Virus record (IMG/VR): IMGVR_UViG_3300021255_001366
Coordinates: 32,001 to 96,000 of that record
Direction: 5' to 3' (one strand)
Source of the DNA: a virus
Lineage: Duplodnaviria; Caudoviricetes
DNA: 64,000 nt
Below are positions 26,966 to 38,970 of this stretch, piece by piece. Below the pieces are notes generated by a model that did not search any database, was not told where the DNA came from, and saw only the letters and a list, made by a program, of their open reading frames with translations. Position numbers and translations under genes: made by a program. Position 1 is the first letter of the stretch. Every line of letters begins with the position of its first letter.

Positions 26966-29900
26966 GTCTTGAAAACAGTTCCTACTTGTTCAGGATTTTG
27001 TACAACAGTGTTGGCGGCTGTGACGAGCGCTACAGATTCCTCAAGTGAAGTGTTTGCAGCATTTAAAGAAGCAGCTGAACGCTGTAATGCCTCACCAATT
27101 CCAGCACTATCAATTGCATAATTATTCGCAACTTCATTGAATACGTCTACAATATGCTCTGCTTGATCTGCTTGCATTTGATAACCTTGAAGCGTTGAAA
27201 TCAAACTTTCGTTTGCAGTTCCAATATCAATACCGTCTCCAACATTTTTATACAAAAGTGCAACACGAGCCAGCTCTTTAGCATCAGGAACAGAATACCC
27301 AAGTCTAGACCAATCTGCTGTTGCGCTTATTGTGTCAGAAATAGTAGCACCAAGATCCTTTGCGGTATTTGCATAAGCTTCAAAATCATTTTGTATTTGA
27401 CTAAGAGTTTGCCCTGATACCTTGGATAATTCGACCATCTGTTTGTTGATATCTGCAACATATGTATACCCTTGGCGTACAACTCTAATAACATCATAAA
27501 AACTATTAAATGTAGTAAGAGTCGCAATCATGGACTTTGCACGTTGCTTAATCATGTTGAATACAGACGATCCAGTCTGACCAGCTTTATATGCATTTGA
27601 CTGGATAGTTTGAATCTGGAGGATAATCCCATCCAATTCCTCTCTTGTTAAAGTCGCACTACTACGCAGCTTCTCAGAGATTTCGTCAAACTGAGTTCCA
27701 TATGTACTTTCTGCGGCTGAGTTTTGTCTACGCCATTTTTGAAGATCCTTTTCTATACGAAGCTGTTCCTTGTAGCGTTTATCTTCAGCAGCTTCTAGTT
27801 TTTTCTGGTCATTAACGTTCTTTTGATTGTTTTTAGCGACAATTTTGCCCAGCTCATTTTGTGCACGTTCATTTTCTTTTATTACATCAGTAGACTTTTC
27901 ATACTCGACATTAAGCTGACGCATAGATTGTAATTGTTCTTCGTACATTTTTGCACGACTAACAGCATCTCGTTCTAATTCTTGTTCTCCAGATAACTGA
28001 TACTTCTTCACTTCAATCATTGCGTTATTGTATTGCTTTAAAGTATCAACATATTTTTTCAATGCTTGCTTGTCTTGTTTTTCTGAAGAATCAGATTGCG
28101 CCAATCCACCATTTGATTTATCAAGCTTACGTGCCTCAATAACGGCTATTTCTTGCAAATTCTTTTTGCGCATCTCTAATAATGTATTAACTTGCGCCTC
28201 TGCGTTTGCATTTTCATCTATAGCCTTGAGTTCTTTTGTTTTTTCTTGATATACAGCTAAAGCAGTTTTCTTTTGTGCTTCTAGTTCTGTTATTTCAGCA
28301 GTATTTTTTACAGGATCTAGTTTCGCAATTTGCTTTCGAATATTAAGAACATCTTGGTATGCCGTCTTTTGCTCAGATAACAGATTATTAACATTAGATA
28401 CTTGAAGACCTTCCTCTGCTTTCTTCTTTGCTTCAGAATTCTGCCTCATTTGCTTATACAGATTCTGACGTTCTTTCTCAATTCTTAATTTTTCTCTTTC
28501 AGCCGCAAGGTCGGTTGATTTATAATCATCAGATTCAGCTACGCTTGTGTAGGCAACCCCGCCCTTTTTATCATATTTGATATTTAATCGTTGTGTTTGT
28601 TTTACTAATTTTCCACTCGAATCTTCAACCATGCGCTCTGCTTTAATTAACGCTTGAGCTAAATCATCGTGAGAATCATAGAATCTTTCAATACTAGCAA
28701 TATATCCATCAACTTCATATGAACTTATTTCTGCTATAATAGCATTTTCTATTTCTCTTGTTCGTATTTTGGCTTGTTCCGGATCATACTTGTCATCATA
28801 CGGGACTTTAGTTTTGCTTTGTTTTTTCTTTGCTGATTCAACCTTAGAAGATTGCATATCAGAAACAATGTTGTTCAATGGAGTTTTAAGGTCTTTGTAC
28901 CAATTTCCATATTCTCCATTATTCAACTTTGTTGCTTCTTCTTGTACTTCTTTAGCAGTAAGAGTTCCAGCGTTTACCAGTTCACGAACGGCATCCTCAA
29001 CTTCACCTTTATGCTTTTTAATACCTTTCGCATAACCCTCGCCCCACATTTCTCCAAGCGCCTCGGCTACCCTAGAAGGAGAGCGTGAGTCTTGTGCTTC
29101 GGCAGTACCTTCGTTTGCTGCATTAGCTAAATCAGCACCAGCTTGTTTGGCATTTGGTTGTTCGGATTCCATTCCTTCGACATATGATTTTCCTTGCTTT
29201 TTACCGTTAGATGAATCTGGAGTTTCATTGGATATTTGAGGAAGGTCAGGAAGTTCAACTTTATATTTATTAAATAATTCCTTTATATAACTTTCAACTG
29301 TATCCTGTATGTTGTTAAAAGCTTTAACAAAATCATCATCATCTAAACTACCTATTTCTCCTCTGACATTAGTCATTGCTTGCTTAATAAAGTCTTCTTC
29401 AGAGATTTGTTTATCCAAAGCTTCGCGAATAGTATAATCCATTGCTTCAGCAACAGCATCATAATACTTTCCTGTTATTTCAAAATACTGGCGTTCTGCA
29501 TCTGATGACATAGAAAACGGTGAAAAATTTGAACTGTCTACTTCAGAACCAATAAGTTTAGAGTAAGAATCGGCAAGAAATGTTGAAAGATAGTGTGCGG
29601 ATTGACTTTTCATCATCATTGAATTATGATTTAAGCCATAACTACCAGTTGACCTTATCATAAACTTCTCGAACTTTAAAACAGAAGAAACTTGTTCATA
29701 AGTAGAATCAATATGTTCTTTTAAAAACAATAATATTTTTTTAAACTCTTCAATTTTATTATTGATTGCTTCATCATTATTAACATTTAATTCTCTAAAT
29801 TTACCAAAATCATTCAGTATTTTAATAAGATTATCAATATTATTTTGCTCATTTTTAAGAGTATCAATTATATTAGTGTCAACTTTACCACCTTTAGACG

Positions 29901-32900
29901 TAACAATTGATTGAACCAAGCCATTTGAAAGACTATTATATAAATCAGATAATGGAATAGGAATTTCTCCATTTTCATTTTCTAATTCGAGACCAGCAAT
30001 ATGCGAAATATTTACAAGGGACTTTACTACACTAGCAATAAGACTGTTTTTTACATTAGACAAATCTATATTCAAAGTTTTGCCTTGCCACATTAGTTCG
30101 AACTGCTTACCTATTCCTTGAGACAAAAATTTATCAAACCACGTTAAATAATCATCTTCTGATAAAGTACCACCTAAAGGTGAAATAGAAGAGTGCTTAT
30201 GAAATATTTTTGCGGCATTAGTTGTATTCATTTCATCAGGTAAATTCATCCTATCTAATTTACCTATAAATGAATCTATGACTTTTCCAGTTTCATCAAA
30301 AATAGCAAAACGTTCTTCTAATGAATTATCATTTTTAACTTTCTTTATAAATTCTTCATAAGATAAGCCTATATCAGAAATAACTCTTTTAGTTCCTTGA
30401 CCTAACTCTTCATATTTATCTTGAGTTTCTTTTATTTCTGATTGTAAACGGTCTTGTTGTTCTTCGATTCCCGATGAAAGATTATTTTTATTACTAAACG
30501 GTTGTTCAACTTCCTTTAAATTTGCCTTATAATTCTCAAGCGTTTCCTTGAATAAAGCCGTAGCCTTTTGTACTCCAAGACGTTTCTTCTCAACGCCTTC
30601 CATAACGTTGTCAAAAATCTTTTGGAGTTCGCCGTCGGAAACTTCTCCGAAATCAATAAGCCCCTTATCTTTTTCCACCTTAATGGCATCAAGGATTTTC
30701 TCTCGTTTTGATTTAACATTTTGATTATTGGCTTGAGCAGAGGTATTCTCGTTTACTTTTTTTGTTTCTTCTTCGACCTTTGCTATATCTTCTTGCTTAA
30801 CAACTGGGGTGTTTGCGTTGTCTTGTTTAGCTTTCTTGTTTGCATCAACAGCAGAAGTAAGCCGCTCATACTCGGCTTGTAAACGTTGTTGTAATTTTGT
30901 ATTATCTGTTAAATCAGTTATAGACCGAGAACCACCCTGTTCTTTATATTCACTATATTGCTTAATTATATTAGCAAGGTTGCCCTTACCTTTGCTCGTA
31001 CGTTGATCAAAACTATTCTTGTCAACAAACGAAAGCATTTTATTAAAAGATTTTTCTAAATCTTTTGTATTCTCTTGTATGCCGTCGGTAACACCTTCCG
31101 AAATACTCTTGCCAACATCTTTTGACGCTTCCTTAATTGGTTCACTTGCTTGTTTTACTATATCACCCATAGAAACAACACCATTTTGAAGCTCTTGTTT
31201 TGCTTCTTCCATGGATTGTTTTACGGCTGGAGCAATACGCTCAAACTCCTCATTAATTTTCTTTATAATGACCTTTTTCCATCCAGGACTCTCGTTAGAC
31301 GCATTAGTCTGATCAAAGATAGTCTTAAGAATACTTGTTTCTCCAGTATTCATATATGCTTTGCTTAATTCTAAAATATTGTTCGCAAATCTAGCAGACG
31401 ATTCATTAATAATCGAACCATCTTTTTTTGTCTTAATCTTCGATTTATCAACAAGTGATCCTGTAATATTTTTTAAAAAATTTTTTTCGCTTGCATCAAC
31501 TTTTTCAGGGATAAAGTTAAAGTATTGTTCTGCTTTTTTTAACTCTGCATTAAGTTCAGCGACATGATCTTTTTGTTTTCTCGTTTTAGACGCTATTTGT
31601 TCTGCTGGTTTAGATGCGTCTTTAGCACCTTGTATTAAGTTTTTATAGGCATCATATTCGCTTTTAATCTCATCTGCGTTTTTACTAGATTGAATAAAAT
31701 TCTTCTTTTGTTCGTTGTATATTAATCCGTTTGCATTTAATGTTTCTTCTAATTCTTTCTTACGAATCTCAGATTCTTCTTTTAAAACCTTAACGGTTTC
31801 ATCATTGCTTTTAATATACTCTTTTTGATATTTTGAGATTAATTTAATGGTTTCAAGATATTCGTTTTTAAGTTTTTGAATAGCAGTAATATTATTATTT
31901 ACTTCTTGTGTATTATCTTCTAATGCAACAGTATCATTTTTAATATCACTCTGTGCGTTATTACTTTCAGAAGAAATAGAAGTAGTTGTTTTCGGTTTAT
32001 TTTTTTTCTTAGTATTTGTGTTTTCAACAGTTGTTGTTGATTGCATATTACCAACATCTACAACAATCGCATTTTCAGCCAATGCTTGTTGCAGTGTTTC
32101 AACAAAACCATTAACACTTGAAATCAACGGAACAACTGGCACCTTTACTGGCTCATTTATTTGACCTTCAATTTCTGATATAAAAGTTGAAGGATCAATT
32201 TTGCCATCAATCTTAACTTTAATTGATTTAATATTCTTAATTTCTGCTTCTATTCTAGAGAGAATATTTGCAACACCAGAATCAGTTACATTTGAAAATA
32301 TAGCTTGAATCTGATTAAGATTCAATCTTATTATTTTAGTTTGTTCAACAACATTATTAATAGCATTTATTAATGGATCAAATGTGCCACTAAACGCCTT
32401 GTTATTATCTGCTAATACGGTTTGTAAATCTTTTAAAGCATTCGTAAATGTAATAAGAAGATTAACATCTTTTTCATCCGGAGTTTCATTTTTCTTATTT
32501 TTCTTTGTATCAACTTTTGTTATTTCCAAAGAATCTAATAATGTTTGAAGAGGAGTAATCTTAGTAGATATTTCTTCCAAACCTTTTGTAAAAGCAGAAG
32601 CCCAACTTTGAACTTTTTTGTCATCAAGCATAACATTAACTTCTTTGGCAAGTGTAGCCAATGAGTCTGTTATATTTAAACTAAATTCCTTTGTCAGCGC
32701 CTCAAGCTTCGCTTTTATCTTGTCTCCTTCTTCTTGAGAAATATCAAATTCAGGATAAAATTTAAAATGTTGTTCTTTAAGAGTTTGTTGTATTTGATTT
32801 ATATTCTCTGTTATTCTTTGTTTTGTTTCTGGAAGATTGGTTTTGATATTTAAAACAGCGGCCTTGTCAAATTGCGAACGCATTTTTTGAAACAAATCAC

Positions 32901-34083
32901 TATAATCATTTTTTAATTGTGGATCATCTATTTTTACGATTTGCGCTTGAATGTTTTTTAACGCCTTATTTAATTCTCCTTGTTCCGCCTTAGTTCCTTT
33001 AAATGCACCAAATCTTACTTGCACTTCAACTGGATGTTGCCCAGAATAAGAATTTAAATCATCAACAAGTCTAATGATATCTGGTTTTAATTTATCAATC
33101 GATGCTTCATCTAAAAGTACCGGAATCCTAATTCCACCATCTTTAAATTGAAATGTTGTAACCATTTGTTCTGCGGTTTGCCCAAGACCTTTCAATGTTT
33201 CAACCATTTCAGATCTCGTTTCCGCAAGGCTTTTATTAATTGGGCTACTAATATCTTTTAAATGTTCTAACTCACCTGCAATCGAACTAAGATAAAACGT
33301 CTTCCCGCCTCTAGAAAAATGCATTTTAGAATCTGCAAAAGAATTTTCACCATTTAATTGAACCAATCTTTTTGAAAGTTGTTCAACTTCAACTGCTGTA
33401 TCTACAATTCGCTTCTGCATATTACGAAGCGCAATAGGATCTTTTTGTGTGCCAAGCCTACTTTGAAGTTTTTCTAATTTTTCATATGCATCAACAAGAT
33501 TATCTTTTAATTCTTTAACATTATTTGATTTAATATTGTTTTTATTATTATCTATATTTATCTTATTAAAACTTTTAATTACTTTGTCTAATTCTTCTAA
33601 TTCTTTTGTTTCTTTTTTTACATCAATTAATTCTTTGAATTCTTTAAAAGAGTCCATAGAAGACTTGGTTTCTTTTTTAAATGAATTTAATTTATTATTA
33701 ACGTTTTCTATTTTTTTTACTATCTGATCATTTTGCTGCCTACTATTTAAAGATTGATTAAACTTTGCAATATCTTGTTCAGCCCCAGAAAGCCTTACTC
33801 GGAATTCATCCATTGTAGATTCAAATTTTTTTTGAAATCCATCAAACTGAGATGTGTCTATTTTCGAATTTGCAAAATTCTTCAAAGTATTTGAATACTC
33901 ACCTTGCAAGTCTTGAAGACATTTAATTATAGTATTTAAATCATTAACATAATTACCGCCAATACTAATATTGTCTCCAATTTTTTGTATTCCGCCTAAT
34001 TCTTTCTGTATATTTTTTATTTGATCACTTATATCTGCTATATGTGGTTCAACATTAAGAACCCATTTTATATTATTACTCAT
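26966..34083 (-). CDS. Tape measure protein, exon 1
   Basis: Long coiled coil; SPSR motif; TP901-type core (ADWSRLGY, DVFNEVANNYAI, ALQRSAA) near its 3' end. Confidence 0.9.
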
Positions 34084-34102
34084 AAAATCACTCCCTTCTT
34101 AC

Positions 34103-34588
34103 CTAAAACTTCAACATTTCATAACTGTCACGACGTGCCATTTTTACACCATATTCTTCATATATACTACGATGCGCCTTGATATAATCAAACTTATCTT
34201 CAATAATCTGTTCTGGAGATGGATACATTATTGGCGCATATCCTTGCAAACTCGCTATACCATGTAAACCACTATAAACTCTGTCAAATACATGTAAAGG
34301 ATCAGATTCTGATCCGGTATAAACATTTGGTATTTCATCAACCAATAATTCAACACCGCCAGTAAAACTATTTCCGTGACTCTTATGATAACGTTTATAA
34401 ACATATTGAAAATTCCCATAACGATCATAATATTTTGGTTTATACGAATAAAACTTATTTATTGCGCTTTGAGTTGTTTCCGTTAATTCATCCGCAATTT
34501 TACGTGTAATGTGTTTAGCAATATTCTTGCAATAATTTTGAATATCACGTTCTAGAGTTTCATACAACTCTTCGATTTTTTTTTGCAT
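34103..34588 (-). CDS. Hypothetical tail-region protein
   Basis: RBS; FYSYKPKYYDR motif; upstream of tape measure. Confidence 0.65.
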   Translation of the reverse strand: MQKKIEELYETLERDIQNYCKNIAKHITRKIADELTETTQSAINKFYSYKPKYYDRYGNFQYVYKRYHKSHGNSFTGGVELLVDEIPNVYTGSESDPLHVFDRVYSGLHGIASLQGYAPIMYPSPEQIIEDKFDYIKAHRSIYEEYGVKMARRDSYEMLKF

Positions 34589-34695
34589 TTTATATCTCCT
34601 ATCATATATATAAGTACGACAACAAATAACGCCAATTTCTCGTCCTTACACATATATAAAATAGGAGAGGAGTATTAACCCCTCTCCATCAACAT

Positions 34696-34893
34696 CTAGT
34701 ACCAGCAAATCGTGTCGCTCAATGAAGAACCTAATGCATCTAATATGCGACTAGCCTCCTTTGGCGATACAGATGATTGACACGTTATAATACTAACCAA
34801 CCGTTCTTCCGTAATGTTTGCAAGTGCGACCACTTCCTCTATGGATAAACATTGTTCTTTTAACGTGTCATGGATTAATTTGTTTATGACCAT
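34696..34893 (-). CDS. Small XRE-like HTH protein
   Basis: LSIEEVVALANIT.ERLVSI pattern; AAGGAG RBS. Confidence 0.5.
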   Translation of the reverse strand: MVINKLIHDTLKEQCLSIEEVVALANITEERLVSIITCQSSVSPKEASRILDALGSSLSDTICWY

Positions 34894-34978
34894 GATTACT
34901 CCTTAATACGCTATACGACTATAGCGTCAAAAAAAGCCCAAGAGTGATTAGACACCCCTGGGCTAGTAATCACTCTTG

Positions 34979-35362
34979 TTAATTGCTTCGCATCTGATCC
35001 ATAAGCTTTTCTACGGCTTTACGATCTCTATCATCGACAGCCATATCTGCGATGTCTGCTAAGTGCTCAAGCATAATATCTTTGCTATCATTTCTAGAAT
35101 AACTATTGCCACGAGCATAATTATACCCTCTGTTGGCGTAGCTATTTCTTCCATACATATTGCGCATAGAACGACCACGAGCATAACTTCCGTTGTTACC
35201 AGAATACATTGCATCTTGAGACGAGTTCATCTCTTCAATATCCTTGATAATATCCACAAGTTTATCTAACGCCTCAATGTCTTGCATCTGAAGTTTGTCC
35301 TTCTTGCCAATGTCGTCAATTTCACAATATGCTTTATCGTATATTCTATCTAACGCATCCAT
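34979..35362 (-). CDS. Hypothetical protein, cassette gene 6
   Basis: Helical ends with a central SYAR/Arg-Gly low-complexity tract. Confidence 0.7.
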   Translation of the reverse strand: MDALDRIYDKAYCEIDDIGKKDKLQMQDIEALDKLVDIIKDIEEMNSSQDAMYSGNNGSYARGRSMRNMYGRNSYANRGYNYARGNSYSRNDSKDIMLEHLADIADMAVDDRDRKAVEKLMDQMRSN

Positions 35363-35376
35363 TGTTAATCTCCTTC

Positions 35377-35811
35377 CTACGCAGTACGCACAATTCTAAT
35401 ATTTGCGTTTTGCATGAGAATCGGCTGTGTACTCGTATTTTCTATCGCGATTACATAACAACAGCCACGGGGCACGGCAATCTCGATTGACCGATGAATG
35501 TTAAAATATTCTTCAACGGCCGCAGGAGTAACGATCATTGTACTTGCCGGAATAGGTTCGCCATCGATAGCGAGAGACGCTTGAATCGATTCGACAGTCC
35601 CTCCGGTTGGCACAGCAATGTTTGCACCGAAGTCAACAACATATCTTGCAAATGTTGCACATGGATTGTTTACAATACCACGCACAGTAAAAATACCAGA
35701 GTCATCTCTATGAATAATGTAACCACGAGTACACGGAGAAGGCTCGTTCGTAAAAGCAGCATTACCACCAGCGATAACTGTCTGCTCTAATGAATTGCTA
35801 TACTCAGCCAT
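35377..35811 (-). CDS. Hypothetical beta-sandwich protein, cassette gene 5
   Basis: HRDDSG.FT.RG, FGANIA and GCC motifs. Confidence 0.7.
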   Translation of the reverse strand: MAEYSNSLEQTVIAGGNAAFTNEPSPCTRGYIIHRDDSGIFTVRGIVNNPCATFARYVVDFGANIAVPTGGTVESIQASLAIDGEPIPASTMIVTPAAVEEYFNIHRSIEIAVPRGCCYVIAIENTSTQPILMQNANIRIVRTA

Positions 35812-35921
35812 AATTTACCTCCATTCAAAAAGGTAGCCACCCATAATTAAGGTGGCTACCAAACAAGATCCAAATTGACAATCTCGTAAAACGAGAACAT
35901 GTTAATTAAATGTAGGGTGCA

Positions 35922-36638
35922 TTACGCTGCGTATCCACCACAAGAAGTGTAGAAATTTCCGCAGCCACATCCGTTAGGATTTGCAACAACATACGCAGGA
36001 ATAGGAACTGGAGCAAGATATTTCTCAAGTGCATTTGTCTGCGCCTCGTTATTTGCAATAATAGCAGCGGTCTGTGCGTTCTGTGATGCAGAAAGCTGAG
36101 CCATAGTCAGCTGTTGCTGAAGAGCTGCGATTTGCTCATTCTTTGCATCTATCTTATCTGCACACATCTGATCAAGGATGCGCTGAGTCGAAGCGTTATT
36201 TGCCTCAAGTACATCTCTCAATGCGTTACCAATGGCTGAACGGTCAGCGCAAGCTTCTGTAGCAACAACATACTTTAGGTCGGCTGTTGCTGCGCGATTT
36301 TCACAACAACACTGCTGTTGAGCCATAGCAATTGTATTAATCTGATTAGTCAAATTTGCCAAAGTATTACATCTCGATACTTCAGCGCTGGCGAGTGAAT
36401 TCTGAATACCGGAAATACCAGCCATTACAGCAGATTGATCAAAACCGCGCTGTACATCATTAACAACGTACTGGGTTCCACCATTACCTCCACCGTAGCC
36501 ATTTCCCCATCCGCCATTAAATGCGAAAAGGAAGAGTAGTATTAACCACCATCCGGAGCCGTTATCTCCAAATCCAAAACCGCCATTACCAGTTACAGCT
36601 GCAATATCTGCAGCACTCATTTCTGAAGAAAGTGCCAT
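35922..36638 (-). CDS. Gly-rich membrane/coiled-coil protein with CCCE motif, cassette gene 4
   Basis: GWWLILLFLFAF transmembrane segment, QQCCCE and GCGC tail. Confidence 0.75.
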   Translation of the reverse strand: MALSSEMSAADIAAVTGNGGFGFGDNGSGWWLILLFLFAFNGGWGNGYGGGNGGTQYVVNDVQRGFDQSAVMAGISGIQNSLASAEVSRCNTLANLTNQINTIAMAQQQCCCENRAATADLKYVVATEACADRSAIGNALRDVLEANNASTQRILDQMCADKIDAKNEQIAALQQQLTMAQLSASQNAQTAAIIANNEAQTNALEKYLAPVPIPAYVVANPNGCGCGNFYTSCGGYAA

Positions 36639-36712
36639 GATTATTTCTCCTTTCAACAAAAGTCAACATGTTCTATATGTTCATTACGTGCGCACCGTAA
36701 TTAGAACCTTAA

Positions 36713-36937
36713 CTAAAAACGACCACCCATCATGTTTTGAAATTGGGTAGCCGCCTGTGAAAGTTGGTTAAACTGTTGCTGAGACATTTGTCCTGACTGC
36801 AACAGTTTTTGAACCTCTTGTCTAGGATCTCCGTTAAATGAAGACCTAAATTTATTAAATTGTGCCATCATCTGCGCCATTTGATTATTGGGGACAGGAG
36901 ATTGGCTTCTAAACATATTAAACAAACTACTTCCCAT
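36713..36937 (-). CDS. Gln/Met-rich small protein, cassette gene 3
   Basis: GDPRQEVQKLLQSGQMSQQQFNQL. Confidence 0.7.
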   Translation of the reverse strand: MGSSLFNMFRSQSPVPNNQMAQMMAQFNKFRSSFNGDPRQEVQKLLQSGQMSQQQFNQLSQAATQFQNMMGGRF

Positions 36938-37415
36938 TCTGACGCTCCTTTCTCGTATTATCATTTCTATTCTGTTTCAACTCATTGATAACACGTTCAA
37001 ATTCGTCCTTAGTAACATAACCAAGTTCACGAATTTTTTCTTCAAACTCATCACGTCCAACATACCCGCTCATATCAATATCAGGCATTATTACCTCCGC
37101 TTGCTTTTCAGAATCAAGAGGAACTTCGACAAGCTGATATTTCTTTATTTTTACTGGTATGTTTTCTGATGTTTGAGCAGCGAGATATAAATAATCACGC
37201 TCAGAATCAAAAAGAGCCATCATTTGACCTGGATCAAGATGATGAGCCATTGCCCCAGCTTCGCCCTGTACCCAAACTATATTTGTAGGGCTTTCTTGTT
37301 GGCGTTGTACTGGTGTTTGGAAAGATTGTTGATAATCTGTTTGCATAGGGTACATTTGTGGTGCCACCATCGGTAATGCACCATACCCAAGATAAGAGGG
37401 TTGATTATAAACCAT
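36927..37415 (-). CDS. Hypothetical protein, cassette gene 2
   Basis: Q/P-rich N-terminus; WVQGEAGA; YV.RDEF repeats. Confidence 0.7.
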   Translation of the reverse strand: MVYNQPSYLGYGALPMVAPQMYPMQTDYQQSFQTPVQRQQESPTNIVWVQGEAGAMAHHLDPGQMMALFDSERDYLYLAAQTSENIPVKIKKYQLVEVPLDSEKQAEVIMPDIDMSGYVGRDEFEEKIRELGYVTKDEFERVINELKQNRNDNTRKERQNGK

Positions 37416-37451
37416 AGTAAATATCTCCTTTCAAAAACATCGACATGTTTC

Positions 37452-37832
37452 TTAGATATTTCGCTCAAAAAAATAAATTGGAACTTCATAACCGGAGTCC
37501 CAAGAATCGTAATAGTCACCATCTGTAACAGTGACAACATGATTGCCCGTCGCTAAAACAAAAATACCGTATGGATTATCATGGCAAAAATCCAATACGG
37601 TATAACAATCCGGGCAAGTATTCGGAATTATATGACGGGTAAAATTTCTTCCTTGAAGATATGAACTCCATACCTCATTAGCTATCGGAGCATCTCCCAT
37701 CATAAATCCTTGTGTTGCGAGTTCGGCATAGGTGCGTTCCCATGTGAACCCTAGAGCCTTAGATAAAGCCCTATAAACACAATCCCCAACACTTTTTTTG
37801 TTGGGGTTAGGATTATAGTATTGCCACGCCAT
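37452..37832 (-). CDS. Papain-like (Cys-His-Asp) fold protein, cassette gene 1
   Basis: NPNP...GDCVYRA, GNHVV and YYDSWDS motifs. Confidence 0.6.
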   Translation of the reverse strand: MAWQYYNPNPNKKSVGDCVYRALSKALGFTWERTYAELATQGFMMGDAPIANEVWSSYLQGRNFTRHIIPNTCPDCYTVLDFCHDNPYGIFVLATGNHVVTVTDGDYYDSWDSGYEVPIYFFERNI

Positions 37833-37847
37833 GGCAAATACCTCCAT

Positions 37848-38330
37848 TTATTGTTCTGCGTTAAGCTTATCTATAATTTCATTTACGAGTTCTTCACTGA
37901 TATGAAGAGACTCCTTAAAATTGTAAAGCATCGAGGTAATGCTATATTCATTATCTCTAAAATCATCTAACACCATATCTAAAAGAGTGCTAAACTCAGA
38001 ATACTCACCCTTAGGAATCGCATCCAAAATAGGAGAGAGCAACCCGTTTTCTTGAAGTAAGTCATAAGCATCAGTTGCCTTTGTTCCTTCAAATGCAATA
38101 TCAATATCCGTATAAATATCCACTAACCTCATGACAAACATAAGATAACGAGCTGGCGTGTTAATAGATATAAACTTTCTTCCATCAACAGTCTTGTGAC
38201 AAGTTGCTTCAATAATCCTATTGCACTCAGTAAGTTTCTCAATATACGGAACATACTGTTTTTTAATAACCTTCTTAAAATCGAACTTCTGGTTCGATTT
38301 AGTCTTTTTAATTAATTCTTCAATTGTCAT
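37848..38330 (-). CDS. Hypothetical protein, possible tail chaperone
   Basis: YVPYIEK and YDLLQENGL motifs; late module. Confidence 0.55.
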   Translation of the reverse strand: MTIEELIKKTKSNQKFDFKKVIKKQYVPYIEKLTECNRIIEATCHKTVDGRKFISINTPARYLMFVMRLVDIYTDIDIAFEGTKATDAYDLLQENGLLSPILDAIPKGEYSEFSTLLDMVLDDFRDNEYSITSMLYNFKESLHISEELVNEIIDKLNAEQ

Positions 38331-38332
38331 CT

Positions 38333-38704
38333 TTAATCCTCCTCGATCACATCATACAAGTCTACAAGAATAGCGCTAGGGATGGAGTACTTCATAATTT
38401 CATTCGCCTTGATTTTTTGTAGATTAATGTCAACATCTGTCTGAGCCAATTCATTAATATCAGACGAAAATCTGCGTAATGCGACAACGTCATCTTTAGC
38501 AATCGTGTAATTTCCATCGTCATCTTTACTTCCATATTCTTGTATTTTTTCATTTCGCAAACTCTCAAAATTTTCAACGTGCGAACTACACTGTTTAAGT
38601 ATTGTTAACATCTTAAATTTAATGCTTGCATCGAGTTGGATATCATTGCTATCCATTAATACGCGAATAGCATTATTGATAACTAATATATCCTTTAGTT
38701 TCAT
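38333..38704 (-). CDS. Hypothetical protein (DUF1617-like)
   Basis: RNEKIQEYGSKDDDG motif. Confidence 0.55.
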   Translation of the reverse strand: MKLKDILVINNAIRVLMDSNDIQLDASIKFKMLTILKQCSSHVENFESLRNEKIQEYGSKDDDGNYTIAKDDVVALRRFSSDINELAQTDVDINLQKIKANEIMKYSIPSAILVDLYDVIEED

Positions 38705-38736
38705 ATGTCATTCTCCTTTTAATCGTAATCACTAAA

Positions 38737-38970
38737 TTAGCGTAATACCATGAATTTAAAAAAGTAACCATCATTGGTTACTATTTCATGCGTATCATCT
38801 TCTGTATTATATTTCATAGATTTTATCTGAGGATTGTTGTCAATATCTGTTATCTCCTCATATTCTTCTTTACTTAAAACATTGTTGCGTTCGTAAAGAA
38901 ATTGTTTGATTTCGTGTGAATACATACTGCATTTATTCTCCTCCCTCGATCTGTATGGCAGCTTCGCCAA
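38737..38970 (-). CDS. Hypothetical protein
   Basis: ORF track; MYSHEIKQFL segment. Confidence 0.55.
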   Translation of the reverse strand: MAKLPYRSREENKCSMYSHEIKQFLYERNNVLSKEEYEEITDIDNNPQIKSMKYNTEDDTHEIVTNDGYFFKFMVLR

